A stretch of 64,000 nt of DNA. Source: Octopus sinensis. Lineage: Eukaryota. The DNA is taken from contig NC_043005.1 in assembly GCF_006345805.1 (NCBI RefSeq), positions 83,452,001 to 83,516,000 of the forward strand, written 5' to 3'. The first letter of the stretch is position 1. The number at the start of each line of letters is the position of its first letter. A model generated the notes under the pieces. It made no database searches. It saw only the letters and a program-made list of their open reading frames with translations, and was not told the origin of the DNA. The position numbers and the translations under genes were made by a program. Below are positions 1 through 10,019 of this stretch, piece by piece.

Positions 1-660
1 TCTCCATGGTGACAAATCCAGGGTGAGGAATATTTGACCATAGATCTTGATGGCCGAGTGATTCACCACGTAAAGAGAGATATCCAAAGGAGCAGGATTG
101 GTGGAGGTAAACCATCGAGGCCAGATACTTAAAGAGGCACCCCGTATCCACCATGAAGGACTTTGAAAAACTGGCATCTCTGATAAAGAATACACGATAA
201 GGTGAATCGATGGGGGAAATGACTGACGTGTCTTCCTGCCAAGTTTCCCTGAGAAGAGTAGGAGCAGGGCTGTGTACATTTCTTGGCTTGGTCCTTGAAC
301 TTCCTGTAGTACCATCTGACTGAGGGAGCAGGAAGTGTACGTGTGCATGAGAAGGAGCGGCACCTGGTCCTTCCTTTGGAATGATACCTTCAAAATGAAC
401 GGTTTATACACGTGCGTGAAATCTGACGGGTCAGTTCTGCGATAGCCCACAAGATTTCAGAGGATTGCTTGTCAACCGGAGCAGAAGAAGTAGAGGGAGA
501 TGAAGAAGCGACAAGGTTATCTGCAGAGGATGGTGAGCCAGAAAATTCCATAATCCTGCCTGCGGAGGCAGCAAGTTGTTCCATCATAAGAGCTAAAATC
601 AACTGTACATTAGAAGGCATCCTCAAGAAAAATAGTTGTTTCAAAAATTTGTTTGTCCAA
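1..660 (-). mobile_element. Degenerate Ty3/Gypsy LTR-retrotransposon gag-protease fragment (continues beyond the window start)
   Basis: Minus-strand remnants LRMPSNVQLILA..EQLAASA.RIME, ELTRQISR, WYYRKFKDQAKKCTQPCSY (CxxH-type knuckle decayed) and FMVDTG (aspartic protease DTG), with frameshifts. Confidence 0.75.
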
Positions 661-794
661 AATCATGCAGGAAGTAGAAGAAAGTGTAGTATAAGTGAAG
701 GGAGAGGAGAGAAAATAGTAATTCAGTGAAGAAGTAGTGAGAGCAATAGTCCTCATTGTAAGGGAGTGAGAGAAAGTAATAGCAATGAGGTCAT

Positions 795-1365
795 GTATCT
801 TCTGTTTTTCTCCATCACAGCATATGAATGAGAAAGAAAGGGGTGAAAAAACTCAACATTTCAACTCTGTGTGAGTGTATGTGTGTTTACGTAAAAAGAG
901 GTATGTGAGTGTGTGTGTGTGTGTGTGCATGCACACAATGGAAATGGGATGGTGAACATTCAACGTTGAAAAGAAAAATCAAACAGCATTTCAGATCTGT
1001 GTGAGTGTATAAGGGGAGTATGTGAACATTGACAAGTGTATTAATTTGATTTACCATCCATATTGTCTACTATAATAATACTCTTGTATATTTCTCCGTC
1101 ACAACATATGAGTGAGAAAGGAAGGGGTGGTAAGATAAATAAGGAAGGAAGGGGTGATGGCAAACTTGGTAGTGGGATGATGGAAGTTTTATGATGAAAA
1201 AAGAAATCAAACAGCGTTTCAACTTTGTGTGAGTATATATGTATGTGTGTGTGTGTGTGTGTGTATAAAAGGGAGTCATGTGAATGAGTGTGTGCAATAG
1301 AAGCAGGATGGTGGGCATTCAATGCTGAAAAGAAAAAAACAAGTGTTTTCAACTCTGTGGAAGGG
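795..1365. repeat. Diverged tandem duplication (~280-bp unit) with (TG)n microsatellites
   Basis: The motif tctcc(a/g)tcaca(g/a)catatga.tgagaaag occurs at ~808 and ~1093. The subunit aaaatcaaacagc.tttcaactctgtg occurs ~4 times (~855, ~975, ~1200, ~1330). Confidence 0.55.
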
Positions 1366-1884
1366 AAGTATGTAAATGTTTGTATGCGAGATTATGTACC
1401 TTATTTATATATATAAAATGCTACAATTAGCTGTCATTTTTGATGGCCAGCTAGTTAGAATATAATACTTATATCATAAGGTGGTGAGATTACAGAATCA
1501 TTAGCTTTACTGGATGAAATGCTTATTGACATTTCATTCAGCTTCATGTCCCGAGCTCAAATTCCGTTGTGATTGACTTTGCTTTTCATCCTTTCAGGAG
1601 CAATAAAATAAGTACCAGTCAAGTACTGGGGTCAATGTAATCAACTTATCCCCTCCCCACAAAAACTGCTGGCCCTGTGCCAATATTCGAAACCATTATA
1701 CTATGTTATATTACAAGAGCCAAAGGACTCAAAATGGTGCATATCCTTCCTGATGTCTCCTTTCTGGCATCCAGTATGTGGAATTTTCAACTGAATGCAC
1801 AAGCAAACTGTTTCCAAGTCTCTATTATAATGTATGACTTAATATTATGACAGTTCTATATTTAAGAGATGAAGAATTTTATGT

Positions 1885-2138
1885 ACATTATTTATATTCG
1901 ACGGATATTTGTCTTCATCTTGTTTGTTAACACAACGTTTCGGCTGATATACCCTCCAACCTTCTTCAGGTGTCTTGGGGAAATTTCAATGTTAACATTG
2001 AAAAATACCTTAGGAATGAGAACCCAGGTTCAAAATTTCCCCCAAGACACCTGAAGAAAGCTGGAGGGCATATCAGCCAAAACATTCTGTTAACAACAAA
2101 CAAAATGAGTACAAATATCCGTCGAATGTAAATAATGT
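1885..2138. mobile_element. Inverted (tail-to-tail) Penelope-like pseudo-LTR pair
   Basis: Arms 1885-1986 and 2033-2138 are reverse complements (~85-90% by eye) and carry the PLE-type end signature ctgaagaagg...cagccgaaacgttg. Confidence 0.75.
1929..1974 (-). ncRNA. Minimal type-I hammerhead ribozyme motif (Penelope-associated, dimer type)
   Basis: GACAC CUGAAGA A GGUUG-gaggguauau-CAGCC GAAA CGUU GUGUU: helix I GACAC/GUGUU, core CUGANGA, helix II, GAAA, palindromic ACGU helix III, cleavage triplet GUU. Confidence 0.65.
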
Positions 2139-2499
2139 TAACATTATGATGTATATAATAATATATAGAATTACTTTAGACAAGTGTCTTACACTATAGC
2201 CCTGGGCTATCCAAAGTCATATGAGTAAATTTAGTTATTGGAAATTGAAAGAAGCTTTGTGTGTGTGTACCTTTGTGTTTGTCCACCACCACCACTTAAC
2301 TGGTTTTGGGTTTTACATCCTTGTCGACTAGCAGTTAGGCAAAATGAGACTGATAGAATAAGGATCAAGCTTAAAAATAAGTACTAGAGTTAATTTATTC
2401 CACTAAACTCTTCGAGCTGGTGCCCCAGCATGGCCACCATCCAAATTCTGAAACAAGTAAAATATATTTTCATTATGAAATGGATCATTATTATTACTA

Positions 2500-2890
2500 G
2501 GCAGGTGATGAGCTGGCAGAAACGTTAGCGCACCGGGCGAAATGCTTAGCGGTATTTCGTCTGCCGCTATGTTCTGAGTTCAAATTCCGCCGATGTCGAC
2601 TTTGTCTTTCATCCTTTCGGGGTTGATTAAATAAGTACCAGTTATGCACTGGGGTCGATATAATTGACTTAATATCCGTTTGTCTGTCCTCTCTGTGTTT
2701 AGCCCCTTGTGGGTAGTAAAGAAATAGGTATTTCATCTATGTTCTGAGTTCAAATTCTGCTGAGGTTGACTTTGTCTTTCATCCTTTCAGGGTCAATAAA
2801 ATAAGTACCAGCAAAACACTGGGGTTGAGGTAATTGATTAGTCCCCTCCCCCAAATTTCAGGCCTTGTGCCTATAGTAGAGAGGATTATT
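2500..2890 (+). mobile_element. tRNA-derived SINE (family B: gagctggcagaaacgttagc...gttcaaattcc...ctttcatcctttcggggtcgataaataagtacc) with partial internal duplication
   Basis: Box-A/B-like head. Further copies at ~1480-1698, 4865-5260(-), 5995-6190, 26190-26470, 40630-41170(-), 47435-47620(-), 50815-51045(-) and 55795-56165 (two in tandem). Confidence 0.85.
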
Positions 2891-3002
2891 ATAAGGGTAG
2901 TGCACTGACAGCTGTTAGTCTGTCAGACAAAAATGCTTAGCAGTATGTTGTCTGTCATAACATTCTGAGTTCAAATGCTGCTGTGACTGACTTTTCCTTT
3001 GT

Positions 3003-3044
<42 letters not shown>

Positions 3045-5269
3045 TATACACACACACACACACTCAGACTGTTAAATGAACAATGTTGTGAATGTAGAAG
3101 CCGCCATGAAAGAATATGAAACACTAGAACCTCACATTGGATAGAAATCTAGAAACACACAGCTAAGTTCTGGGTTCATCCTCCTCTAGTGTAGGTTTTC
3201 AACTTTATGAATCGAATACTGAAATATCTTATTTCCTTCCCTCTCCCTCTTTCCATTGTTGTCTTGATGGCCTGGTCGTTGGTAATGACGTTCGTATGTA
3301 ATTGACTTAAATTTAGGTTGGGTTCCAATTTCCACTTAATTTTAAATGTTCTTTTTAACTAAAGATGGTGGGAAGTGAATAGTCAAAGTAAATAAAACCT
3401 TCATAAAGATTGCAGCAAGTAATTTGCATGTGAGGTTTTTACGTGTATTGGACTGGTAACGAGAAATGGGTCACAGCTGGAGTGATTAATGATAATAGGT
3501 CTGGTAGACTAAGACTGATTTGAAGCGAACAAGGAGATAAAGTAACTATGTATGTGGGTGTGTGCAAACAAGGGGTTTGCTTTCAAACACCAATAACAAA
3601 AATCATCATCATTGTTTAACATCCGCTTTCCATGCTAGCATGGATTGGATGATTTGACTGAGGACTGGTGAACCAGATGGCTGCACCAGGCTTCACTCTT
3701 GATCTGGCACAGTTTCTACAGCTGGCTGCCCTTCCTAATGCCAACCACTCCAAGAGTGTAGTGGGTGCTTTTAGGTGCCACTGGCATGGGGCCAGTCAGG
3801 CGGTACTGGCAACGACCTCGCTCGAATCTTTTACACATGTCACTGGCACAGGTGCCAGTAAGGTGATGCTGGTAAATGTGTTAAATATCTCCTTTTTAAC
3901 TTGGTTAGTGTTGCTGCCTTGATGGGCTTATGGTTAAAGATGCTTGTAAGTAGTAACATAATGTAAAGGTAGAGATTTCACTTGCTGCTAGGAATTACTA
4001 GTGGGGAATTCTACGAAGGTTTTTTTTTAACATTTCTCTAGAGATGAAAAAAAAATTCTTTGTTACACCCCAGGGAGTGTTGAACCATGGCAAGGTATGT
4101 CTTATGTACACACCTTTACTCATAAGATTACCAGGTTCTTCTCCCAATAAATGCTGTAAAAAAAAAACAAACAAAAAAAGACACTTAAGTCTATCACAGC
4201 ATCAGATCAATAATCAATAAAAACAGATTTAAATATCTCATTTTTAACTCATTTCTTGGAACTGCTTTGGTGGCCTGGTAGGTAAAGGTGTTGTTAAGTA
4301 GTACTTTAATACATGGTAGGGGGTTCAGTCTTTGCCAGGAATTACATGGGATTTTTATTAAATGTGGAAAAAGAAAAATTTCTAGTTAGTTCCCAGGACA
4401 GTACTGAATCCTGGCCATGATGTCCTATGCTGTCTAATCTACAATTTTACTAACAGGACAACCTCCATCCCCCAGTAAATCACAAGATATTTAAATTTAT
4501 CATAGCTTCAGCTCAATCATCAATAATGATGAAACTTAGACTTAAATATCTCATTTTTCATTCCCCCATTGTTCATGCATCAGTGGCCTGGCAAATAAAG
4601 ACATGTTTGTAGGTAGCATTTTGATTTATAGGTGGAGGTTTCAAATAATGGCAGGAACTAAACAGCATCTTAAATATTTTTCCATTTCTTAACTTTTATT
4701 ATCACTTGAGATATAAAAAAAAAAAAGAATAATAATTATAAAAGTGAATACTATTAGTAAGAACACTGCATGTCCTGGGCAATATTAAAGCTGGTTAATT
4801 ATGTCTTTCCTCACATGGCACTGCAACAAAAATAGCTATATAACAACAACAACAATAATAATAATAATGGTTTCAAATTTTGGTACAAGGCCAGCAATTT
4901 TAGGGGCAGGATGAAGTTGATTACATCAACCCCCAGTGTTCAATGGTACTTATTTTATCAACCCTGAAAGGATGAAAGGCAAAGTCTATCTTGGCAGAAT
5001 TTGAACTCAGAACATGAAGCCGGACAAAATGCTTAGTGGCATTTTATCCAGCACAGTAACGATTCTCCCAGCTCAACGCTTTTCTGTAGAACAATAATAA
5101 TCCTTTGTACTATAGGCATAAGGCTTGAAATGAAGGAAGGGGCTTAGTCAATTATATTGACATCAATGTTCAACTGATACCTATTTGAAATGTACAGACG
5201 GACGAAGTGCTGCTAAGCATTTTCCCCAGCATGCTAACAATTCTGCCAGCTCACAATTTTTATATGTAA

Positions 5270-5612
5270 CTAGCAGTATCGCCCGGCGTTGCTCGGGTTT
5301 GTAAGGGAAATAACTATATAAGCATTTTTAGAGTTATAGCCAAAAAATAGCAAAAAAATGCATTAAAAATGGAAAAAAAAAATGATGGTAAATTTTTTTT
5401 TAAATCATTGACTCATCGTAGACATTTTTAGAGAGTTACTTCCCTTATATAATAGCGAAAAAATGCATTAAAATGGAAAAAAATGAAGGGCTCAATATGA
5501 ATCACGACTATAAGATACCTGGTTTTGGTTAAACTGCACCGCAAAATGTGGGAGTAGTTAGGAATCTAAATCGTAGGAGACAGACACACAACTTCACTTT
5601 TATATATAAAGA
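5270..5612 (-). mobile_element. Non-autonomous Helitron, 343 bp
   Basis: Minus strand reads A|TCTTTATATATAAAAG...CCCGAGCAACGCCGGG (hairpin 5282-5297)...CTAG|T. It is inserted in an AT dinucleotide without a TSD, inside a family-B SINE, and has an internal ~120-bp duplication. Confidence 0.85.
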
Positions 5613-6239
5613 TAATAATAATAATAAAAACAAAAAGAGTACAATGGGATATTAAAATCTATCAGAGAATTAGATCAATTACTAATGATGAAATATCTTG
5701 TTACTCACAGGATATAACTTCTGGGTTGATGGGTGTTTAAGTGAAGGCCTAATACGTAGGTGCAGGTTTCAATCTTGCCAAGAACTACAAAGGATCTTAT
5801 TGAATATTTATATTTAACTCTGCACTAGATGTTCTACATAGTGGTTTACAAATGTCATTACTGATGAGACCACAGCTCTAAACTCTATGGAATATGTGTA
5901 GAGATAACTTAAAAGTGATCCAATGGCATTGCTGACACAAAAAGGAAGGGCACAGTATTCACTTGTAAACCTTTAGTATACTTGGTATTATTTAAGGCGG
6001 CGAGCTGGCAGAAACATTAGCATGCCAGGCGAAATGCTTTGTGGTATTTCGTCTGCCGCTACGTTCTGAGCTCAAATTCTGCCGAGGTTGACTTTGCCTT
6101 TCATCCTTTTGGGGTTGATAAATTAAATACCAGTTGCATACTGGGGTTGATCTAATTTTGGGCTTTGTACCTAGAGTAGAAAAGAATTTACTTGGTATTA
6201 TTTTAAGGTTACTAAACAAATTATGGCATCCCTACTAGT

Positions 6240-6745
6240 CATCATCATCATCGTTTAACGTCCACTTTCCATGCTAGCATGGGTTGGACGATTTTGACTG
6301 AGGGCTGGTGAACCAGATGGCTGCACCAGGCTCCAATCTTGATCTTACAGCTGGATGCCCTTCCTAACGCTCTCCGAGAGTGTAGTGGGTGCTTTTTACG
6401 TGCCACCAGCACAGGGGCCAGTCAGGTGGTACTGGCGATGACCTCGCTCAAATCTTTTTACACGTGCCAGTGAAGCGACGTTGGTAACGATCACACTCGA
6501 ATGGTGCCCTTTTACGTGCCACGGGTACAGAAGCCAGTTGGCTGCTCTGGCAACGATCACGCTCGGATGGTGCTCTTGGCACCCTACTAGCACAGGCATA
6601 AGTGCCGGTAAGGCAACGCTAGTAATGATCATACTCGAATAGCCACTCTGTCAACGATCACACTCGTATAGTGCTCTTTGCACCCTGCTAGCACGGATGC
6701 CAGTCATCGAATTGACTTTGATTTTGATTTCACTTGCCTCAACAG
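6240..6745 (-). mobile_element. RTE LINE 3' tail with (GAT)n end and an expanded array of gtgcc...ggcac/gcacc units
   Basis: Ends ...catggaaagtggacgttaaacgatgatgatg on the minus strand. Related copies: 3604-3880(-), 11620-12080(+), 17700-17882(+), 19975-20130(-), 22380-22605(-), 23697-24009(+), 27660-27915(-), 30395-30630(-), 34170-34490(+), 52868-53210(+), 56226-56545(+), 60040-60440(-). Confidence 0.85.
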
Positions 6746-7675
6746 GTCTTTAGTACATATCATAATTTGAGATATATAAATATATGTCATAATACATCAT
6801 CATCATTGGTTAATGTCTACTTTCCATGCTGGCATGGGTCGGATGGTTTGACAGGAGACTACTCCAGGCTTCTGAGTGTGTTTTGGCATGGCTTTTACAG
6901 CTGGATGCCCTTACAAACACCAACCACTTATAACAATGTAGAATAATATATGGCAAGGCTCAATTGTCAATTTCTCATATCTTTCTCTCACATATTTCTT
7001 TTGATCTGCATGGCTGATAAATTAAGTACCAGTTACGTACTGGGAGTCAATCTAATCGACCAGCTCCTTCCCCCAAAATTTCAGGCCTTGTGCCTAGAGT
7101 AGAATAGAAAGTTTCTTATATCTTAGTCTCATTCTGGGTTGTTTTCTTGTAAAGTTGAAAATGTTTATGGATTTACAGCTTGTGGGGATCACTTACTTTG
7201 GTTTTCTTCCTAAGTATTCTATAATTAGGCATAAAATATACTTAGATATTGCTAAGTGTTAGGAGATTGTGTGGCGTATATGATTTGTATAGAAAACCAT
7301 AGTTGAGGAAGATACAAAGCAAACTGCATCAGAATTTGCAAAACAGTTCATTTATGTTACACTTTGATCATAAAACACTGTTGTGATCATGGAAAAGTAC
7401 CTTAACTTGATCAGTGGGTTGTCTAACCAATGCCAGCATGGAGAGTGGATGTTAAATGATGATGATAGACCAATATATGGGAATCTATTCTTAAAAATAA
7501 ACTCCCATATGGAAAGTGGATGAAACATGATCCTGTTAAATTTGAAACCGAGTCAGTATGGAATTATAAAATGTAAGTAAACCTTCTTGTTATCATTGGC
7601 TTCACACCTGTATATTTTCCTTGCTAGCAAGAGTTTGTAATAAAGTAATAAAACAATGGCATTAGGAAAACAATA

Positions 7676-8734
7676 TTAGGCTGGAAAGAAAATTCTTCTG
7701 CATTTCAAGATGGGGAAAGAAACAAATACTTCTTTGGTCTTGATATATTTAATCAAGATAATATTTCTCCTCAATAATGATAATGCGATCTATTTAGTAG
7801 ATTGTTTATTTCTTAGGTATAAAATTCTGCAGGTTTTGAAGCAAAGAAACAATATCATATTTAATATTTTTTAGATCATCGCAACATTATACAGAGTAAA
7901 AATAATTTATTAATCGTGGAAAGACAATAGTCTAAGGGATCAAGGTCAGGAAAAGATGAAGCAAAACTTCCATATTTTTAGTGCTACAATTTTTTTCTAA
8001 GTAACTTGGGCAATATGTAATCTTGCATTATATAAGAGCAATATTTACAATTGACCAATGAGGTGTGCATTTTCTGCAAATTTTTATTTGCAGAATGATA
8101 CTTCTCTGCATTAACTGCTTCCTTTTGGTTTAACATTTCATGGCAGATGAAACCCTTCATACACAAAGCATAACTTTTTTTGAGATGTAGCACTGATTTA
8201 GCGATGGGCCCTCCTTTTCTATTAACTACTAACCAACGTCATTGGATATAATTATAGAGAACCCATTTTTCATCACTTGTGTTGATTTTACCCAAGAAAG
8301 TTTCAGTAGCAAGTCTACTCTCCTAAGACATGCAGAGGGTAATTTCTTGATTAAGCTTAGAAAGACCCACTGATTGAGTTCAAATACATTTCCGAGATCA
8401 TGACAGTGTTTTATGATTGAAGTGTAATTTGCAAATTCTTATGCAGTTTGCTTTGTATCTTCCTCAAATATGGTTTACAGATGCTCAATATTGACTGAGC
8501 TTAGTCATTCAGATCAAAAGAAATATGAGAGAAAAATTTCTCAAGTGAAATTAGCCAAACCATTGTGCACAGGTGCAGACATATAAATCTTCATCTCCAC
8601 AAACAGAATAAATATTTCTTGCCATTTCATTACTGAAGAGCTCCCTTTTCAATGCATATAGCATGCACTATCTGATACGGATCTGATATAAACTCATTTT
8701 AAAAGGGTAAAAATTGTTATAAATTTAACCAACG
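7676..8734 (-). mobile_element. Old degenerate mariner transposon
   Basis: TA-flanked decayed TIRs (ttaggctggaaagaaaatt / aaatttaaccaacg). Minus-strand remnants: CMLYALKRE..ARNIYSVCGDE, EKWVLYN, MKGFICHEMLNQKEAVNAEKY, EVLLHL-FPDLDPLDYCLF, FFASKPAEFY. Confidence 0.8.
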
Positions 8735-8736
8735 TA

Positions 8737-9117
8737 GGCACAGGAGTGGCTGTGTGGTAAGTAGCTTGCTTACCAACCACATGGTTCCGGGTTCAGTCCC
8801 ACTGCGTGGCATCTTGGGCAAGTGTCTTCTGCTATAGCCCCGGGCCGACCAATGCCTTGTGAGTGGATTTGGTAGACGGAAACTGAAAGAAGCCTGTCGT
8901 ATATATGTGTGTATGTGTTTGTGTTTGTCCCTCTAGCATTGCTTGACAACCGATGCTGGTGTGTTTACGTCCCCGTCACTTAGCGGTTCGGCAAAAAAAA
9001 GAGGCCGATAGAATAAGTACTGGGCTTACAAAAGAATAAGTCCCGGGGTCGATTTGCTCGACTAAAGGCGGTGCTCCAGCATGGCCGCAGTCAAATGACT
9101 GAAACAAATAAAAGAAA
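8737..9117 (+). mobile_element. Near full-length tRNA-derived SINE (family A: gcaggagtggctgtgtggtaag...ggttcagtccc...cagtcaaatgactgaaac)
   Basis: Box A TGGCTGTGTGG, box B GGTTCAGTCCC, central (TA/TG)n. Other copies at ~2170-2455, 14920-15060, 35245-35350, 40265-40435(-), 41690-42030, 51235-51590, 56600-56720(-) and 57290-57720. Confidence 0.88.
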
Positions 9118-9180
9118 ATGATATGAAGTAATCTGCAAAATAAAAGAGAAAAGCATTAGAATGTAAAAATTAACCCTTAT

Positions 9181-9186
9181 TTTATT
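9181..9186 (-). terminator. Candidate polyadenylation signal (AATAAA) of GOLGA1
   Basis: AATAAA ~675 nt after the stop, followed ~20 nt later by CA and a U-rich tract (TTCTAATGCTTTTCTCTTTTATTTTG). Another AATAAA lies at 9592-9597. Not confirmed. Confidence 0.35.
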
Positions 9187-9860
9187 GTAAGTATTGAAGT
9201 ACCCTAAAAAATGTAACCTTCTCTCCTCCAGTCTAATAGGTAAAAACAGAACAAATATATATATATATATATATATAAAAAAGACCATGGGTTCCAAAAT
9301 GATGACAGGGTTTAACAAAAAGATTTTTATTTTCAGTGGCAACCAAAATAAATACACAGCCATACCAAGAGTTAATCAAGTACCGAATTACCAAGTACCA
9401 CTACCTAACTGCATTTGCACCTGCAATCATGCATCAGACTTACCGCATATAAATATTAATTTATATTGTGTATAGATATATATACACAAACACACACACA
9501 TTTATATATATATATTTAGTTGTACTACTAGATTGGAAGTTTTGTTTTGATGGTATATTTCTTGTCAGTTCCTTGTCTTTTTCTTTCCATTTTTATTTTA
9601 CTTTTTTTTTTGTTACCGCAGTTATTTCTTTTTAAATTATTTTGTTTATACAAGAGATATAAGAAAATAGTGTCCTTTCTTTATACAAGGTGGTCATTTA
9701 CATAGGTGAAGCAGCAAATAGCACTGAGTATGATGATGATAAGAGAGAGAGAGAGGAAAGGAGAAAAGAACAAAGAAGAGAGAGATATATAATAATGAAG
9801 GTGGAAGTGGTGATGCTTATATATCCCATGGCAATCGTCTTGATAATTAAAACACGGTTG

Positions 9861-10019
9861 CTAAAATGAGGGTGGTATAATTTTGGCAGTTTGACCGCGG
9901 CCAAGTGAAGGGCGTGACCCAAACCAGGACATTTTGTACTCAAGAGTATCTCGAATCATCTGCTGCTCGTCTTGTGTGAATTTCAGGAGAACAGACACTG
10001 CTCGGATTAGTTGCAGGGC
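9861..10019 (-). CDS. GOLGA1: GOLGA1 last coding exon: C-half of the GRIP domain ([52 protein letters not shown])
   Basis: ttttgtttttgttgcag/GCC...TTT TAG; resembles human [37 protein letters not shown]. Confidence 0.95.
   Translation of the reverse strand, partial: ALQLIRAVSVLLKFTQDEQQMIRDTLEYKMSWFGSRPSLGRGQTAKIIPPSF

Noticed and set aside
469-729. Plus-strand 86-aa ORF
   Set aside because: Antisense of the Gypsy gag remnant.
2990-3065. (TA)n/(CA)n/(TG)n microsatellites here and at 9255, 12510, 50270, 57665 etc.
   Set aside because: Ordinary simple repeats, mostly the variable centre of SINEs; ORFs such as YIYIYI are artefacts.
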